From the NCBI GenBank assembly GCA_973895155.1, contig OZ316891.1, positions 6,873,708-6,937,707 of the forward strand: a stretch of DNA of 64,000 nucleotides, in the 5' to 3' direction. Shown here one piece after another: positions 36,502-48,771 of this stretch. The notes beneath the pieces were generated by a model. It saw only the letters and a program-made list of their open reading frames with translations. It was not told where the DNA came from and did no database searches. Each line of letters opens with the position of its first letter. Within the stretch, counting starts at the first letter, position 1. The DNA comes from Marsupella aquatica. Lineage: Eukaryota; Plantae; Marchantiophyta. A program made the position numbers and the translations under genes.

Positions 36502-38007
36502 CATTACATAGTGAGGGGACACACTGTCTACAAGAGTACACTCTTCACCGTACGTAATTAGCGTTATGCAAGAATTATAATTGTGCGTTAGTACTGGGGT
36601 TAGTACAAATTAGTCCAAGTAACACTGATTTTTGCTGGTTTTTAAAATATGTGTTTCCACTTTTGTTTAAATTGCTAGTAAAAAAGGGACTATTCTTGTG
36701 TATTTTTCAAAATGGTATTTTCCCTCTATTTTCCATTCGTGTGACCACACTACCACTAATTCATGTGTGCATAAATAGTATTAGTACAAAATTAGTGTGA
36801 CTAACACTAATTACTGTGAACAGTGTAGTTATTTTACCTCATATTTGGAGATTTCACATTTGTAGCTATCCCATGGGCCCTCACTTTATGTATACTAAGT
36901 GTACCCCCCTGCGCCCGGACCCCCCTTGCCTACCCCTTCTTAGTATTTTTTCTTTCATATACATTACCCTTGTTCCATTACCCTTAGGTGACTTATAAAA
37001 CTGATAAAATCTATATTTGAAAACCCATTGTGGAATTATAATAAGGAAAACCCAAGATAGGGCTAACATACAAGATCCAAAATGATGCATACAGCGCCTA
37101 GTGGGGCATACAATCACTCACACAGTTTAGATATGTTTTACCAGTTTGGCTAAACTAGTATAGGCAAGACTACGGACAAGACATGGATGGGTAGGCAGTA
37201 GGCGGGCAGTGGCAACATCCCCACAAGCATGGGCACTGCCTGCACCGAGCGTGCACTCTACATTGGAGAGAGACTATAATTACAAACGGGATTACAAACC
37301 AGATAATCATTGCAAGCTAAGATATGGGTCTAGGTACTAATAGAGTGACTCACTCGGGACACTATGTTCCAATGATTGAGACCTTGCCACATGGCCCCTT
37401 ATACAATGACGTGTGTCACATACATTATAGGACCCCTTTGGCTGAGTTAATATGCCACGGTTTTGGAAATACCCTTCTTCCTTATAGACCCAAATTTGTA
37501 TAAAGTTGTGGGTTGGTTGGTTCTAATTGAATTATAATTATTAGCCAGAAATGGATTAAAAATACCCTTCAAGTGGGTGCACATGTTTCTGGGATTATGT
37601 AAGCTGAGGGCCCAGGGTAGCTATCTTAAAGAAAAATTGTTTAATTTGCTGATTTATCTATTATATATGACTAGCCCAATACCTCTATATTGCATAGAGT
37701 GAATATGTCAAGGCAAGACAAAGAAATGCAAGCAAGGCAATGGATTATTATAGACAACTTATGTGTTGTTGCGGTCATGCGCTTGTCCCATCCATGTTGT
37801 CATTGTGCGAATGAGGTTGTTTTGGCCATGACTGTGGTTGTTAGGCCATCAATTATGATGCCACTGCAGTTGTGTTGTCGGGTATATCAATGTGATCAAT
37901 TGTATCAATCTTGATTGGAAGATGATCCTGCAAAAGTGAGTGTCAACAATTGAATGTATATTAATTATGGCAGAATCTGGAACTTCTGGCTGCTGGATGG
38001 GTAGTGT

Positions 38008-38324
38008 TTTTTGCCTCGAAAAAACCAATTGAATTTCATTCAAAAAGCCAACATACAAAGGGGGTGGCCCACAAAGGGGGCCGAGAAAGGGGGTCGGCAC
38101 CCGGAGGTCATTAAGCCACAAAAGCCCGGGGGGGGGGGCGGCACCAGGGAAGAAGCAATCCCAGAATGGGAGCTAAACAAGAAATTTACCAACTACAGAA
38201 GGAGCGGCAAAACCCCCGAAGACCGGCCAGTGAACAGGGAACCGGCAGGGTACCCATCAGTGGATCCGTGATAGAGTCGCAAAAACTATCGGCCTAACCT
38301 GCAGCAAAGCTCCTCAACCTGAAC
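38008..38324 (-). mobile_element. 5'-truncated non-LTR retroelement (LINE 3' end or SINE) with a long TSD
   Basis: Flanked by a 16-17-bp direct repeat GCTGGATGGGTAGTGT(T) at 37992 and 38325. The minus strand ends AATGAAA...AAAAA. Confidence 0.8.
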
Positions 38325-39543
38325 GCTGGATGGGTAGTGTTGGAGAGAGTTGTTCTCCTTGGCCTCTTTTTAGAAGAGTGACTTACCATGATTTAATATG
38401 TGGCTGGGGCAATGATGTTGCCTCAGCTGCATTGGGAACTGCATTGGGGATTCCTCAAAATGCTGAGGAAGACCTATGTGAATATCGTTTGCCTGGGTAA
38501 GCAGCCAGGCATATCTATCTGGCAGGGCCCCAATGAATAGGGCAGAATAATAGGGCATCTCAAACCTTGAGGTCTGTAAACAAAAACCTTGCTTTTTTCT
38601 TAACACAGGGCTGGGTCTACAACCAGACTAGCCAGCATTTTACATTGAAAACGGGTTCAAATTAAGATCTTCTAATAAAAGTCACAGAAAATTATTTACA
38701 AAATTTTATCTTATGTGGAAAGAGACTAGGAAACAAAACTATATAGATGACTTTAAAGAATTAAAAGTGGAAACATCAGATTTTCAATTTTTTTCTAATA
38801 CAGCTACCCTCAGTCTTAGGTCCAAGAAAATATAGATCCTTGCTTAATATTGTACAGGAGGTGAGTACACAGGAAAACAACAACCATGTAGTAAACAAGA
38901 TGATGCTAAATTAGGTACTGTAATAAGTTTTGGAAGTATTTATCCAAAAAAATACCTTCTAATTATAACATTCATCCCTAACTTGACAAAACTTCTTGGG
39001 GGCTTCACTCCAAGGGGAGTTTCATATCACGTGCAAAGTTTTGGGGGATTAACAAACACCCAAGTTGAAATATTCACACATTTGGTTAAGAAAAAACCTA
39101 TGATACTAATAATTCTCAAAACAAGATTAAAACACCCCTAATGTTCTTCCACAAAAATTTGAAAGTCTTTCACTAAACCCAATCAATTTGAGAGTCTTTC
39201 ACTAAACCCAATCAAAAAACCCTGTTAATACTTATTCATGCATGATGGGTCGGAAGAAGAGATCAAAGTCAGGACCCCAAGCAAAACTTCTCAATTTTTT
39301 TTATTTTTAATTTTTTTTAAAACAAGCCGGGGGCAGCACCACCCGCGCGAGAGAGAAAACAAAAGGCCAGGAGAGGCCCGGAAACCAAAGACAGGCCACA
39401 CCCAAAAAAAGGGGGGAGACAGCACAGCAGCCCCAAGACGGGGCAACAGCGGGGAATCATTAATATCACTCGTTCTACTCTTAACATGAATACATATCCT
39501 TACATTTTGTAGTGGAAGGATGGGAAGGGAGATTGAATAAAAA

Positions 39544-42500
39544 TTAGGAATGCTGAAGATGGAAATAAAATGTTCCGTTTGGACAATTAGGAGGGCTAAG
39601 AGGCTTATTACAAGACACAAAAATGCTATAATCTGGCTTGAATATATAGATGAGTTGCATCAATCCTCCAAGAGAACCAACTACCACAAGAAGGGCCCCA
39701 ATAACAATGCAAAACTGCATAGATTGACACAAACAAGAAAACATTTAGAATTTCATTTGAAAGGATGATTTTTTAACAATGCATGCTATATGGTGAATGT
39801 ATCTGAACTGTCCAGAATGCTCAGTGTTTCAGTGATAATTGAAATTAAGGTGTTTTAATTTTGTCACTCCCTTCAATTTTGGAATTCAATTTTTTTTTGT
39901 TTGTGTTTTGGAAAATTTTAATTCAAGGAATTTAAGATAAAATCTTGTCTCATCATACTCCTAAACCAATAGAATGGATTTCAAGTATGTATTTTGATAT
40001 AAATGGCCGTCTTACCTTGTACCTTTTTTCCGAAATTAAATAAATCTATGTAAAAACTTAATAACATTTCTTAAAATAATTTTATTTTCAATCGGAGATG
40101 GTTTTACTGGGCTACAAGACTGAATGACACGGGCCCAAAATGGGCCAGCTATATTCACATTGGTGAAATCAACTACCCGTACATGATTGCAAATCCCATA
40201 TATTAAAGTCAACCATTTACAAAGGATGCTCACCCAATTGAACATCCATTGAGTTGTAAAAGCCGGGGGTTTCTTTAGTTGTAGCCAAATAATGCATGGC
40301 AACTGCAACGTCATTAAAAAAACGTCAATCAAAGCATGGAAAGTCGAACTTCCAATACCCCTTTCGAGATATGGAGCAGTTAGCAATTCCCAACATTGGG
40401 ATTCCAGCAAGGGGCATAATTATACGCCATCCAATCAAAGTAGATCCAAATTTCAATTCTGGATAGAAGAGCAAATTCACATACAAAATATGTGGTGGGT
40501 GTGGAGGCCAGTGCTCCAAGAACCGGAAGTAGATATTCGAAGCTTGGAAGGATAGTAGATACAAATGTTGTGAAGCCTGAAAGCAAAACAAAACCAGAAA
40601 AAATGATTGAATGAATCCTGATAATATAGAAGCGGGTCTAGAGGTCCCAACGTACTGGAAGGAAAAGAAGTAATCAAACAAAAAACTGAATTAACCAAAC
40701 AAGTCTAGATATTGTCTAAAAAGATCTGACTATGCAAACTATGGAAGCTTGAAAGGCATAAGTTACAACTTAACCAGTAAAAGAAAATGTGAACTACTCA
40801 CAAACGTAAATGCTTCGAGTAACTATTTGCATCACTTTTGCAGATCTTTTTCGCCCTGGTGATGGGAAGCCAAAGTTCACGAAAATGTTCTCTATGCAGC
40901 CGAGGAGACGATAGTGGTCTACAAAAGTCTCAATTATATCAAATGCAGGGACTGAGTACACCTACAAGCGAGGTGCCCACAGATTTCCTGGATCCATTAT
41001 TGAAACATATTTCTTTCCAGATCCGTCATTGAGGATGTTCATGCAAGTGGAACTTCAGACATTAATGCTTGGATGGACCACAGGATTTTGACCTCAAGAC
41101 TCTGGAGGACCAAACACTTTTTGACACCTAAGAAACTGAACATGTATAGAAGAAAGGGTAATTTTAACTCAGAGCGGTCCATGCTGGTTGCAATGGTTCA
41201 TCCCAACATTTTGCCGTAGGTAGTGGTTTACGTGAGCTTCAATTCTGAAACTTCACAATCATTATTTTTTATGGTTGTATTGAAACTTCAAAGCATGATA
41301 GATACTACATTGACTATATTTCAGTCAGTTTGAAATACACATACCAGGTAGCTTCCTGTTACATGGCATGGTTTCTTGAATCTCAAGCACCACATTGTGG
41401 CCGCTGTACGCAAAAGCCACACAACTCCTAGCGAACTAAATACTCCTGATACTTGACGTGCAGTTGTCTCGAAGTGAGGAAAATGGTAGCTTGTCGTACA
41501 TTTGCCTAGAAGCATTATTTCTTTCGGGGTGACAGGAGCATAACGCATATGATTTTTTACTCCCTGTTTATAAGATGCTACCGCGGCAATGATGCAATAG
41601 CTGCACTTCAAGCACTCAAATGTCAGAGTTTATGACCAAGAGAAAAATTAATATGCTTCATGGACTGGCATTCCACCTCGAGCATCCTCGAAATTTAAAG
41701 CAGACAGTTCTACAGTGCGACTTCCCAACTTACACTTACTAGCCTGCACTTTCATTCACCATAACTCAAAAGATCTCACAAATTTTCGCTTTTGAGTGAG
41801 GCTCTCAATATCTCTGGAAGGGATCACGAGAGCACTGCCGGTCTTTAGATTGAATTGGGCCTCCGTCAATAGCAACATTGCATACATGCACGTGGAAACT
41901 GTGAAAGAAGACTCATACCAGATAGACATCAGAGATGCGGTGGACGAGAAGCTGGCAATGGAGTTGAACCCGTCGAGCTGAGCGAGAAGTAACTGCACCA
42001 ACCAATAGAAGACAAACAATGGCCATTGCCCGACACCGGAGCAGCATTGTTCTCCACTCCCCAGGGCCACCGGATCAAAAATGGCATCAGGTTTACAGCT
42101 GAACAGCTGAATGACCAGCCAGAGAGACTGCCTTGCTGTGATCGTGTACACGATGCCCCCTCCAATGAACACACTGAGCTGCAGTGGCAATACTACCCAC
42201 TTGCCGAGCTGCTCCCCGAGAGCCTTTTGCCCAAGTTCGAGGTAAGTTCTAGAACGCCTCACCTCTCCACTGTTGTTTCCTGGCAGCTCGGACATCTCCA
42301 CCATTTGCCACAGCGTATAGAGAGTGATGCCCCACGACATCACCAGGACGACGATCCCTGCCTCCCTGCAGCCATCATGTATGTAGAATTCATAGCGATT
42401 GGGAGGTCCGAGCATTTCAATCCAAGTCAAAATTTCCCATCTTAATTTCCAGGCGATGATAGACAGGTATGGGAAATGGTAATCCCACTAACTTACCAGC

Positions 42501-42761
42501 CAAGATGTGCCATCACGGTTGGAAGACCAAGGACACCAGATCCCACAATAGCCGTGACGTTGTGAACGGTCGCGTGCCACCATTTGCCATTCCGATCTCT
42601 CTTGGAAGGCATGCTTCCGTCATCGAATTCGAACACCTCCTGCGTGTGCAACCCATTCGTGCAGAGTTAAGGAGTGCATAAAATTTGCACATCTCAGCCG
42701 CCTAAATTCGGGAAACCTCTCCTTTATTTGTGATGTCAGCGCTCCTTCTCCCTAGCTACAT
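39544..42761 (-). pseudogene. Lysine-histidine transporter (LHT/AAAP family) probable pseudogene
   Basis: Exons: 42761-42717 (uncertain), 42639-42497 (KWWHATVHNVTAIVGSGVLGLP), 42365-41919 (TLYTLWQMVEM, YLELGQ), 41600-41345 (AFAYSGHNVVLEIQ, reached only through a TG frameshift at about 41420), 40961-40802, 40576-40485 (PTTYF), 40302-40234 (LPCIIWL), 39714-39544. No exon for the central transmembrane helices was found. Confidence 0.82.
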
Positions 42762-43875
42762 TTTTGTCAAGCAAAAGTCTACGCACTGGACATAATAGCT
42801 GAAGTCTCATCTCGAATGGACAGTACGTAGCAAGACGATTGAAATCTGCTGAGTAGACAGAATCACGCAGTGGCCAGTTCAAAGACCTTTGGGCCTTTTC
42901 CTCCTTCTCCCCTGACTGGTTTCTGGCTTGAGGGCCTTTTCCACCTTCTCCCTTGACTGGTTTCTGGCTTGAGGGCTCATGTCTCCCTGGTGGGAGACTT
43001 TTGTTGTTTGACTATATATATATAAGCCCTATGCGCCTGCCTTGCACAGTGCAAGGAGGGCCGGCCCACCCTATGGGTTGGGGAATTTATGGGGCACATT
43101 TTTTCTATCATAGTCAGGGAAAACAGCTAATTAATAGAATCTAACTAGTGTGGATTTTTCTTGCCCAGGAGATTTTTGTATTGAGACAAAGGACCAAAAA
43201 GATGGGATCCCTTATTATAGTTGTAGATTAGCCTCATTACCCATTTTTTGAACATAATTTTTTTTTTCTTGAACATAAATGAAATGGAGAATCCCCCATG
43301 CTATCCCCATGGGTTTTTTTTCACCTTCACTTTGTCCTTATTTAGAGTTCAGTTTTGTCAATATTTAGAGTAAGGCCTAGAGGCTTCACTCTAGACCCTA
43401 GCCCTTGTAAATAGCTTATGTTAGAGATTTATTAGTAAGATACACTGGAGTGGTATATAGAGTATTGCTTGTTATACTGGAGGTCTATAGAGTATACTTA
43501 GGTGATTTTCCTCTTAACTTTGTATTTGTATCCTAGCTGGGACAAGAACTCCCAGTCAAAATGTCTAATTTTCTCTTTGTATTTCAGTGCATTCTTCGCC
43601 AAGAATACCGAGTCAAGATGTCTAATTTTCTCTTTGTATTTTCAGGTGCATTCTGGACCAAGAATGCTCACTCAAGATTTCTATCACATGTTACCAAGAT
43701 TCTCCTCCAGTTTTACTAAAATGAGGAAGAATAAAAATGAGATCTTCAAGTGTACTGCAATCCCAAGCTAATGAGCCCGTCGAACTTCAGTTGAGCTAAT
43801 TGAAGCTGTCATTTTTCAGGGAATTACATCTCACAGCTCTATAAACAAGACAATATTTATGCATTATTTACTAAT

Positions 43876-46556
43876 TGTTAAGAGAGAATGAATCGAGAAT
43901 GAATCAGATACCGATTAGGGGTCACGGTTCTGCTTTATATATATGTGTGTACAGGTATGGTTAAGGTATAACCATGGTATAGTGACTCTAGTCTAGTCTG
44001 GGGCTAGATGACTCATAACACTCCCCCTTGGCGACATAATGGGAATTATGAAGACAATCTAGACTAGTCCTAGAGCTAGACAAAAAAATGATAATTTATC
44101 ATCATGCTTATAGATACGCATGTTACGTTGACCAAAGAGGTGGACTGCCTCGTTAAAACCTTTAGCGGGGCTAGATTGAGGTAAAAAATAACTCTACTAG
44201 GGTAGTAGAGAAAAAAGTATATGACCCTAAAGGAAAAAGAGTACAGCCCGTCAATCCTCTTGGCGATAAAGGAAAATGCATTAGCATTAGGTGGAGTCAT
44301 CAATCAGTAGATATCATGTGTTGTAAGTCAATCGCATGGTATGTAGGGTCGTCAAAGGTATTAAGATGCAACAGGAACTTCAATTGTCTCCAGAAGTTTG
44401 CAATATCTTAGATGAAGCCTGGCAACAAACAAGTCAAGTTCATGTCCAATATAATGAGGAGCTTAGGTTAGTAGCTGGAAAATCCCATTGTGTTGTTCCC
44501 CCTCAAAGATGAAAGTGGTATGATAGTATGTTGCTATATCTTGTGGTCGTAGGTTTGTGTTATCAAATGTCAAGTGTGGGATAGAAATAATAACTTCTAC
44601 TCCTTGTAAGAGAATATAATTGGGTATTTGTATGTGATTTGTGTATATTACGTGGATTTTATCCTATGTTGGATATGTATGGTTTGAATGATGTTATCTC
44701 CCCCTCAACATGAGGTTGAGGTACATGTACTATTTCCTTCTCAAGTTGAGTTTGAGGGATTTAACTATAGATGCATGTGAAGTGGGCACATGGAGAAATC
44801 ATGTATATTGAAAAGTTGTTTTCTCTTGTAGAACAGGGTGTGCCTTGTGAGAGAATATATAAATTTGCTTAAAATGGCATCACCAGGGGGTGTGCATGAT
44901 TTGTCTTAAAATGGGCACTTCTGCCTTGCACGTCTGCAATGTTTTGTGTTATTTTGACAAGAGTGTCATGGAGTGGCAAACTCCTGGTATAGCCAAGTAT
45001 GGCCAAGTACAGAGGTACTTTCCATTGTAGTGCATGAGTTTGGTTTAAGTTTTTGAGTAGATAAGTTAGAGACAATGAAGTTTCTTCCCATTGATCTGCA
45101 TAAAATGCATGTTATTTTCTCTTAAAATTGTGAGTGTGAGGAATATCTCTGAAATTTGGAACTCATCTATAGGTAAGGTCCAATAGGAATGCCCACTGAT
45201 CAAGAGAATGTAGGGGTTAGATTACGGGCTTTGCCCATATTAACTCCCTCATTAACTCATGTATAGATGAGATTAGGGGCTTTGCCCACTATCAAATCAT
45301 CTCTACCTTTACCTTTGTTAGTCATGGAAAGTTTCTTATCTGAGTCCGTTTGGATCTTATGAGATCAAATGATATTAGAAGGTGTATAAGTTCAAATGGT
45401 ACTAGAAGGTGAATGAACCAAAATGACATTAGGAGGTGGGAGATAGTTGTGGGTACAATGTGCTTTCCTCCCCCGATGGTGGAAAGTGATATTAATGGTG
45501 TAATAACCATGTTATATGTATTCAATGTGTTGTGTAAAGGCACATTATTCACATTTGTAAAATGAGAGTGTAAGCTTGTGATTTAGGTTTATGTTAAGGA
45601 TTACACATGTATCTTAAAGTGATTTAAAAACTTTGAAAAAGATGCTTTAAGTGATCTGATTCTTTTGTAAGTAAAAATACTCTTTATAATGAGTTGCAAG
45701 TATGGGGGTTTTGCACTTATCAAGTTTTGTCGATGGTTTCTCGAAAAGCCTGGTCCAAATTTTGCCGTTTTGGGCTTGTGCATCAATTCTCCCCCTTTTG
45801 CATGGCTTCGCGGCTACATCGGTTATCACTGTGTTGTCTTCTCATGAGGTTTCCATCCCTCATATTTCCTTCAGTCCTTTTCACCCTTCGGTTGTTGAGC
45901 CCTAATGCAACATTCGTTCTCTATAGGGTGTGGTGCCTTTTCAGATCTCACCTTGATTGAAATTTTGTTGATTGTGCTCTGCCTCTATTCAATCAGGTCT
46001 CTTTGATTGGATTGATTGACTCCGGCCCAAACTTTATCCTGGTTTCTTTATGGACTTTGCGCTGCAGTGTTTCTTCTCCTCCTTCCATAAATCATGCTGC
46101 GTACTTTCAATCTTACATTTCAGAATCAATTCCTCTAAAGCTTTAATGATCCCACAAGGGTCAATCCAGGGGTTCGACTCTTTGTCTGATCAGCCTCTCC
46201 TTCTGATTTTGCTTCTTCTAATTTCTTGGGAGTTAGTTTCTCACAGAGGATACTCCATCAATTTCCAACACCAGGTTGACATGGACTCTCAAATGAAGGT
46301 TTCCTTGAAGGGATTTTGTCTTGGGATTCCCTCAAGTGTCTAATTTTTGTCACTTGTCGAATCCCTAAAAAAAGTTCAAGTGCTCAGCCTCCGGGAGTCG
46401 AGCTGATAACGTGTTAAGAGAGAATGAATCGAGAATGAATCAGATACCGATTAGGGGTCACGGTTCTGCTTTATATATATGTGTGTACAGGTATGGTTAA
46501 GGTATAACCATGGTATAGTGACTCTAGTCTAGTCTGGGGCTATTTGACTCATAACA
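43876..46556 (-). mobile_element. Non-autonomous Ty1/Copia LTR element (Bianca-like signals), 145-bp LTRs
   Basis: LTRs 43876-44020 and 46412-46556 (TG...CA, two adjacent mismatches). TSD CTAAT on both sides. PPT AAGGGGGAG on the minus strand at 44021-44029. PBS CGTTATCAGC next to the right LTR. Only degenerate internal coding and no pol. Confidence 0.92.
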
Positions 46557-46776
46557 CTAATGATAAGAAGAAGTGAGAATCCTCGCAAGACATCTAGCGA
46601 GCCCGTCCAATCTAGCAACTTTCTGACCAAATTACTTCCTGCCCTCACTTGTCTACCAATAAAATTAACTTGCATGATCGTGAAGCCCATGCATCAAGGC
46701 AAAGAAACTCATTTGGTGCAAACCTGGAAAAAAGGGGTAGATTGTGAGAACTCAATGGACACAACAAGCTTCAGTT

Positions 46777-47060
46777 GGAGGTCTCACTATTTGGAGCCCC
46801 ACATCACTAGCTTGAGGCCTTTTTAGGTCAATTACTCAATAAACCTAAAACAAAGTTTTTTAAAATGACCTTAGTTATTAATCTGAAATATTCTTTAAAT
46901 ATTCCAAAAGTTGTTCTAGAACTTTATTTTAAGTCTCAAAATTAGATTTAAAATACCCAAAACTTTTCAAACGAATATTTGTTAGTAGTTTCTTAGAGCC
47001 AATAAAACTAATTTATGTTTCATGGCATGGGATATATATTTTTGTGTAAATGAAACCCCC
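46777..47060. mobile_element. MITE family M2, degenerate copy
   Basis: GGAGGTCTCACTAT...AATGAAACCCCC with the same internal layout as 18827-19100. Confidence 0.65.
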
Positions 47061-48391
47061 TCAGATTCTTAGGTTCCTATTGATCATATGGAATAGGCTG
47101 ACTCAAGGCTAGAGAATTGCAGCTGCCCGGAAACCAATTTTAGCGAACATTACAAAAACAGAATATAGCTTTATGAGACTCCGCCTACAATTGAAAGGGT
47201 AGAATGCTTTATTTCAATGATTCTATCGATCGTCCGCTATTCTTTTATATTCTACGTCCTCTATCCAGTCCAGAAAATGAGAATCTAGAATTGCTGGGAA
47301 TTTCCTGGGTCCTGGGAGCAATTGTAGTTGCCTCGAAACCACCTATCCGAGGACAGTGCAAGTCGTTGCCTGGCAGTTTTTTCAATGTGGAATTTCTTGT
47401 CCTAAAAGCAATCTTGATTATTCAGGGAGACTAGTCCCTGCTTTGTCATTCAATCTACCTCGATCCTCCCCAACAGCCCATAGGAATGCTCTCCCCATTT
47501 TTGGGTATTAGTCCAGGCTTTGTCATTCAATGCCGGCTCATCCTGGAACAAAAAATGTTAGTTTGTCCTATGCAGGAGATAAAAAAGTTGGGGCAATGTG
47601 AAAGGGATAAAAAAATTCCCTATGCAGTGGGGGCAAGGGGAGGGGTATCCAATGAAAAACGTATAGGGGAAGGGCTGGCGAAGGGCAAGGGAGCAGTATG
47701 TAAATCAAGAGCTAAAGAATGGAGAGCTAGCATTGAATTTGAAGAAATCCTGTGCCTGGAATTGGGAGCTACAAAAGTACATTCCGTGGATGGTAAACAA
47801 GTGATTCCCATGCTGCTATGTATACCCTTCCTCAGCCAGAAGCAAGTTAATGTATGTTGCACCTCAACCTCACGCTAAAATTGTTGCGAGGAAAGATCCC
47901 ACATGCACTAGCTCCGATTGAAAACAATTGATGACTCATCAAAGAAAGACTGCATTCATCGTAAGGAGCAATTCAGAATTGTTGAAAGGGAACTTTAGAC
48001 AGACATCATACATATTGCATTAGATGCATTTTGGCATGTGTTCTGAGCAGGGTCAAATATGTTCACCCAAAGTTACTAGGGTCTGTAACCTTGGGTCATA
48101 TGTGCAATATGGGTCAGATCTAGCAGCTAGGTTGCTGTGACCCACATTTAACATGAACAAAATATTTGAGAGGCCCTAAGTACATGATACGATAGTTTAC
48201 AATTCAGCAGTAATCCTAATATTCAGTCAAAGCATAACGCTGGTCATCCATTTTCAAAGCCTCACTCAGTTTAGCTAGAGAATGACTGCAGAGCTCGTAT
48301 AAATTGTGTAAGTAGTGTGTTTGCCTATTCATAAACTTATTTGTTCGGTTTCATTCTGGACGTCCGTCTATCTTAGCCTTGTCTCTTTCTT

Positions 48392-48628
48392 GGGGGGTCA
48401 CTTCCATGGAAGTGACATATCATGTGCGACGAAATATAGGGTCATTTAAATGGCTTTGGCAGAAGACTTATTAAGTCTTCTATGGAAATATAAGATTGTT
48501 TAATTGCAAAATGCATACGTGTCATCAGATGACTGGTGTCGTACAACTTTCTAAAAAGTGACTTAGAGGGGTCATAAATGATCTAAACCATTGCACGTGA
48601 TGTATGACCCTTCATATAGTGACTCCCC
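48392..48628. mobile_element. MITE related to family M2
   Basis: GGGGGGTCACTTCC...CATATAGTGACTCCCC; the left part matches M2. Confidence 0.6.
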
Positions 48629-48771
48629 AAGTCTCTTTGCGTGTCAAAAAACACCTTCGACCATCTCTCATATCGAAATGGCCTGTCAGTTAATTTTCGA
48701 TCAAGGTATTTTTCAAGCTTCTCCAGGGAACGATCTAGACTATTCACATATATGGCCACATATATGAAGTC

